Assembly (NCBI GenBank): GCA_965648915.1
Contig: CBFGIV010000011.1
Span: 1-56,718 of the forward strand
Reading direction: 5' to 3'
Origin: a candidate division WOR-3 bacterium
GTDB taxonomy: Bacteria; Hydrothermota; Tepidihabitantia; SM23-42; CAYGYG01
Length of the DNA: 56,718 bases
The position numbers and the translations under genes were made by a program. Each line of letters opens with the position of its first letter. The stretch's first letter is position 1. The notes below the pieces were generated by a model, which was not told where the DNA came from, did not search any database, and was given only the letters and a program-made list of their open reading frames with translations. This document shows, one piece after another, positions 56,301 through 56,718 of this stretch.

Positions 56301-56339
56301 CAATTCATCCGCCTTTTTTGTATCTCGAATCGGTTCCAC
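50364..56339 (-). CDS. Bacterial alpha-2-macroglobulin family protein with N-terminal TPR-like helices
   Basis: DRPIYRPG, VEEYKRPEF, VRKEFADTAFF, thioester motif YPYECIEQ (CIEQ at 51948-51959), QSMYAP. Probable start GTG 56339. Confidence 0.92.
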   Translation of the reverse strand: MEPIRDTKKADELFKKEVFESAIKEYEAILKEATDEDIRFKSFFRICESLTHLFRYGEASQRIMAAEQLPKSRKNQARFLLFKANLLENFLLQYGYIQRKDVVDEAKDKEDIFRWTPDEIHRLIHQTYQELLDFKDELLKMELKEEGYFLNLEKVDFGRYPTLFDFYILKWTKYLLSRNLTEVEDKPEIERFLVKDFNLPVNPQDSPLLLSAELMEEAGRNRSRQDLQAGEEWRMERVLLAEKYYDAFAYSDVEPDGTPKRGLSLADCMKKTIEYLLELMEDFKTAEAKAQAGYHAAIILKNQGQARAGVELCRRVERKFSNTDGARRARVLRREIEMPELSLATRMAMPPARRSLTIMVKNIKLVYLRLYKLDPDVLRAECEQYRQNEYGRNYYRYEGWSDILNGGFLNERWARDWLKNILTLVPLRTWQVDTGDRGDYLFHSMTIDPPDLGPGLYLIAVSKDDRFHVGGSLMSVSILNVTEIVLVGSSGLTEKSLKAYYEFIEGRGGMNIEDEGFRLYLLDGQTGKMIPDAQLMIDTYFYYRQDIKSLSLKTENDGCARLSIPVLAGPNQYNYNHIDPRANYKESCAFWYNRQALNHSFPNPFEIFIELDRPIYRPGHKVQAKAVVVRRTGQGFKSMDNGSIEFYATDPNHKEFFRTRAELNQFGSVGISFDIPAGRLLGRYILNAQFNYGTYQTAVGVPFSVEEYKRPEFEINLEPAGEPYQYGRPVKIKGCVRYYFGGPVPDAIVKYRIKRQPYIPWYYRYWFSQMNASFQELAGGEVKSDEEGNFEIEFIPRPHTENYCDLVPNISLFLVEVEARDSGGRTITACQTYRAGQRGSYFLIEPLKGFYFESEPVEIEIKMLTINDTPIEGQSRCEVYCLRDFLPPEPEYDNYGQWRNLPHLDDQLKDAPNGEMVFKGEALHNKEGRTVVRIAPLRAGAYRIIQRAIDRWGGEVIQSKVFVVVKDLKSPIPINALSIMLVEKEEYKVGETARFIIGSGLGSGRYLIEVWAGQYFLRKIFIDEDIPVRIFEIEVTEEMKGGFTLRWFGVRDLKIYYNQATVAVPWSEKRLQIALEPFKKILPPGQEIEWGMKITDIDNRPVRAEVLALMFDRSLEYYARGYSRWLNSLYSANPVPQGAFYSILAGLVKNVEITEGLLKKLLDSFRKGIQDFQLPDFRTRQTWAYVSRPGRRKIGRMVEQALPEAAPCESESREGEPEEGLLARARESLPAVPVRKEFADTAFFLPHLLTDENGIGRFKFKVPEQLTGWKFKVLAFTKDIKEAQLIEEVVTKKELMVRIDIPRFFREKDQGTISAIVHNEGAEAVEGEIVIEITEDGKLMNEKLNLFDSRKKFLIKPHQIETFNWLIDIPEGATDYKVRAIAISERLADAEERELPILPSRQRLIESVFEILTGSETKGLKIQLKEDPTRINEAMVLQIEPQLALTILNTIPFLVEYPYECIEQILNRYVPLSIVNEIYKRYPLLNEAVKKIPKRNTVTPPWESDDPNRLTRLMETPWVWESEGRPTSWPIIDLLNPAIVETQKVKTFEKLRSAQLNNGAFPWWPGGQPDLYMTLYVLNGLAEAKRYGVEVPADMIDRALGYIIDELPRRLKPEENFIGLVAYASYVLTSFSGTGLTNAGRCLDAVRSWIEFLERHIHTLTPFGKAYLAYTYIRLGNRKRAEEVLDMAMDGACEDPVAGVYWTPEKYSWIWYRDTVEKHAFFLRTLQELRPGDRLIPGMVKWLFFNRKANVWKSTKASAAAIYALLDYMNQIGALSDSDNFNIRWGKEQYSVVVRADEFLDKPMRWQKQGFDITREMNSAEIKKEGKGVSFASLTLRYSTDQIPEASTPGMLEVERRFYRRVKEGESYRLKPISSGEEVEVGEQIEVQIKINTRSQFEYMHLKDPKGAGFEGETLLSGWRYDPLWFYEEPRDSLTNFFLNWLPQGEYILRYRLRPTKPGIYRIGAAILQSMYAPDMAAHSAGFIIKVKLPD

Positions 56340-56345
56340 GATTTT

Positions 56346-56373
56346 ATAATACAATAATATTTCTGTTTGTCAA
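56346..56373 (-). promoter_or_regulatory. Sigma-70 promoter of the macroglobulin gene, leaderless GTG start
   Basis: TTGACA-N16-TATTAT-N6-GTG(56339). Confidence 0.6.
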
Positions 56374-56605
56374 TATTTCGATTTAAATCAAAATAGATTA
56401 CATTACCAAGGTACTTGAAAAACATAAACACCCCTGGATATATTTTATTCGAAAGGATTGCTTATGATATGCATAAACATTCCAGAGGGATATACACACA
56501 ATGAAGGCTAAAAGATCAAGAAAAAACATCGCTATTTGTTATAATGTTTAGATGCGACCCCGTGGTCTTAAAAACTCTTGCCGTCTCAAATACTATTGAC
56601 AGAAG

Positions 56606-56718
56606 TTAGACACTTATCAAACATATTTTCAACTCCTTTGAAATCTTGAAATAATTGAAGATCTCATCAAAAGCAACTTTCCATTTATCGAAAACAATGT
56701 TCACTTCTTTTTTTACCC
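56606..56718 (-). CDS. Possible 3' end of a gene entering from beyond the window
   Basis: Open frame ...VKKEVNIVFDKWKVAFDEIFNYFKISKELKICLISV*; too short to identify. Confidence 0.3.
   Translation of the reverse strand, partial: VKKEVNIVFDKWKVAFDEIFNYFKISKELKICLISV

Noticed and set aside
1..56718. Genome-wide TGA reassignment (code 4/25)
   Set aside because: TGA ends intact conserved genes at expected positions (e.g. permease 49586, NtrC 37442), and long genes have no internal TGA.

Overview
Bacterial (diderm-type) chromosomal window of about 45 genes, translated with the standard bacterial code (TGA is a normal stop elsewhere in the window). Gene content and style suggest an FCB-related candidate-phylum organism such as WOR-3; this is inference, not a database result. 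Housekeeping content: an EF-G paralog (5'-truncated by the window), HAD hydrolases, archease, a GalT-like protein, nfi, glmS, glmM, tRNA-Met, ribF, a sigma-54 response regulator, NfeD, YihY, AmrS radical SAM, a BtuFCD-like ABC transporter and an alpha-2-macroglobulin. Most notable: (1) an accessory block (~17.7-27.9 kb) with two copies of one module, a leaderless regulator built from a transposase-type HTH + TPR + SARP/BTAD-like tail (C-terminal 80 aa 73/80 identical between otherwise divergent paralogs), each divergent from secreted proteins with FlgD/T9SS-like C-terminal domains; (2) one of those secreted genes is split by a single in-frame TGA in a Gly-Cys-UGA context followed at once by a SECIS-like hairpin (candidate secreted selenoprotein); (3) a TonB-ExbBD-TPR-PorV-like-FlgD operon with no TonB-dependent receptor, a candidate export or anchoring machine for those proteins; (4) a recurring TTGACA-N16/17-TATAAT-N5-10-start promoter architecture implying many leaderless mRNAs; (5) a candidate ~50-nt sRNA between glmM and tRNA-Met. 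All family assignments come from motif recognition by eye.
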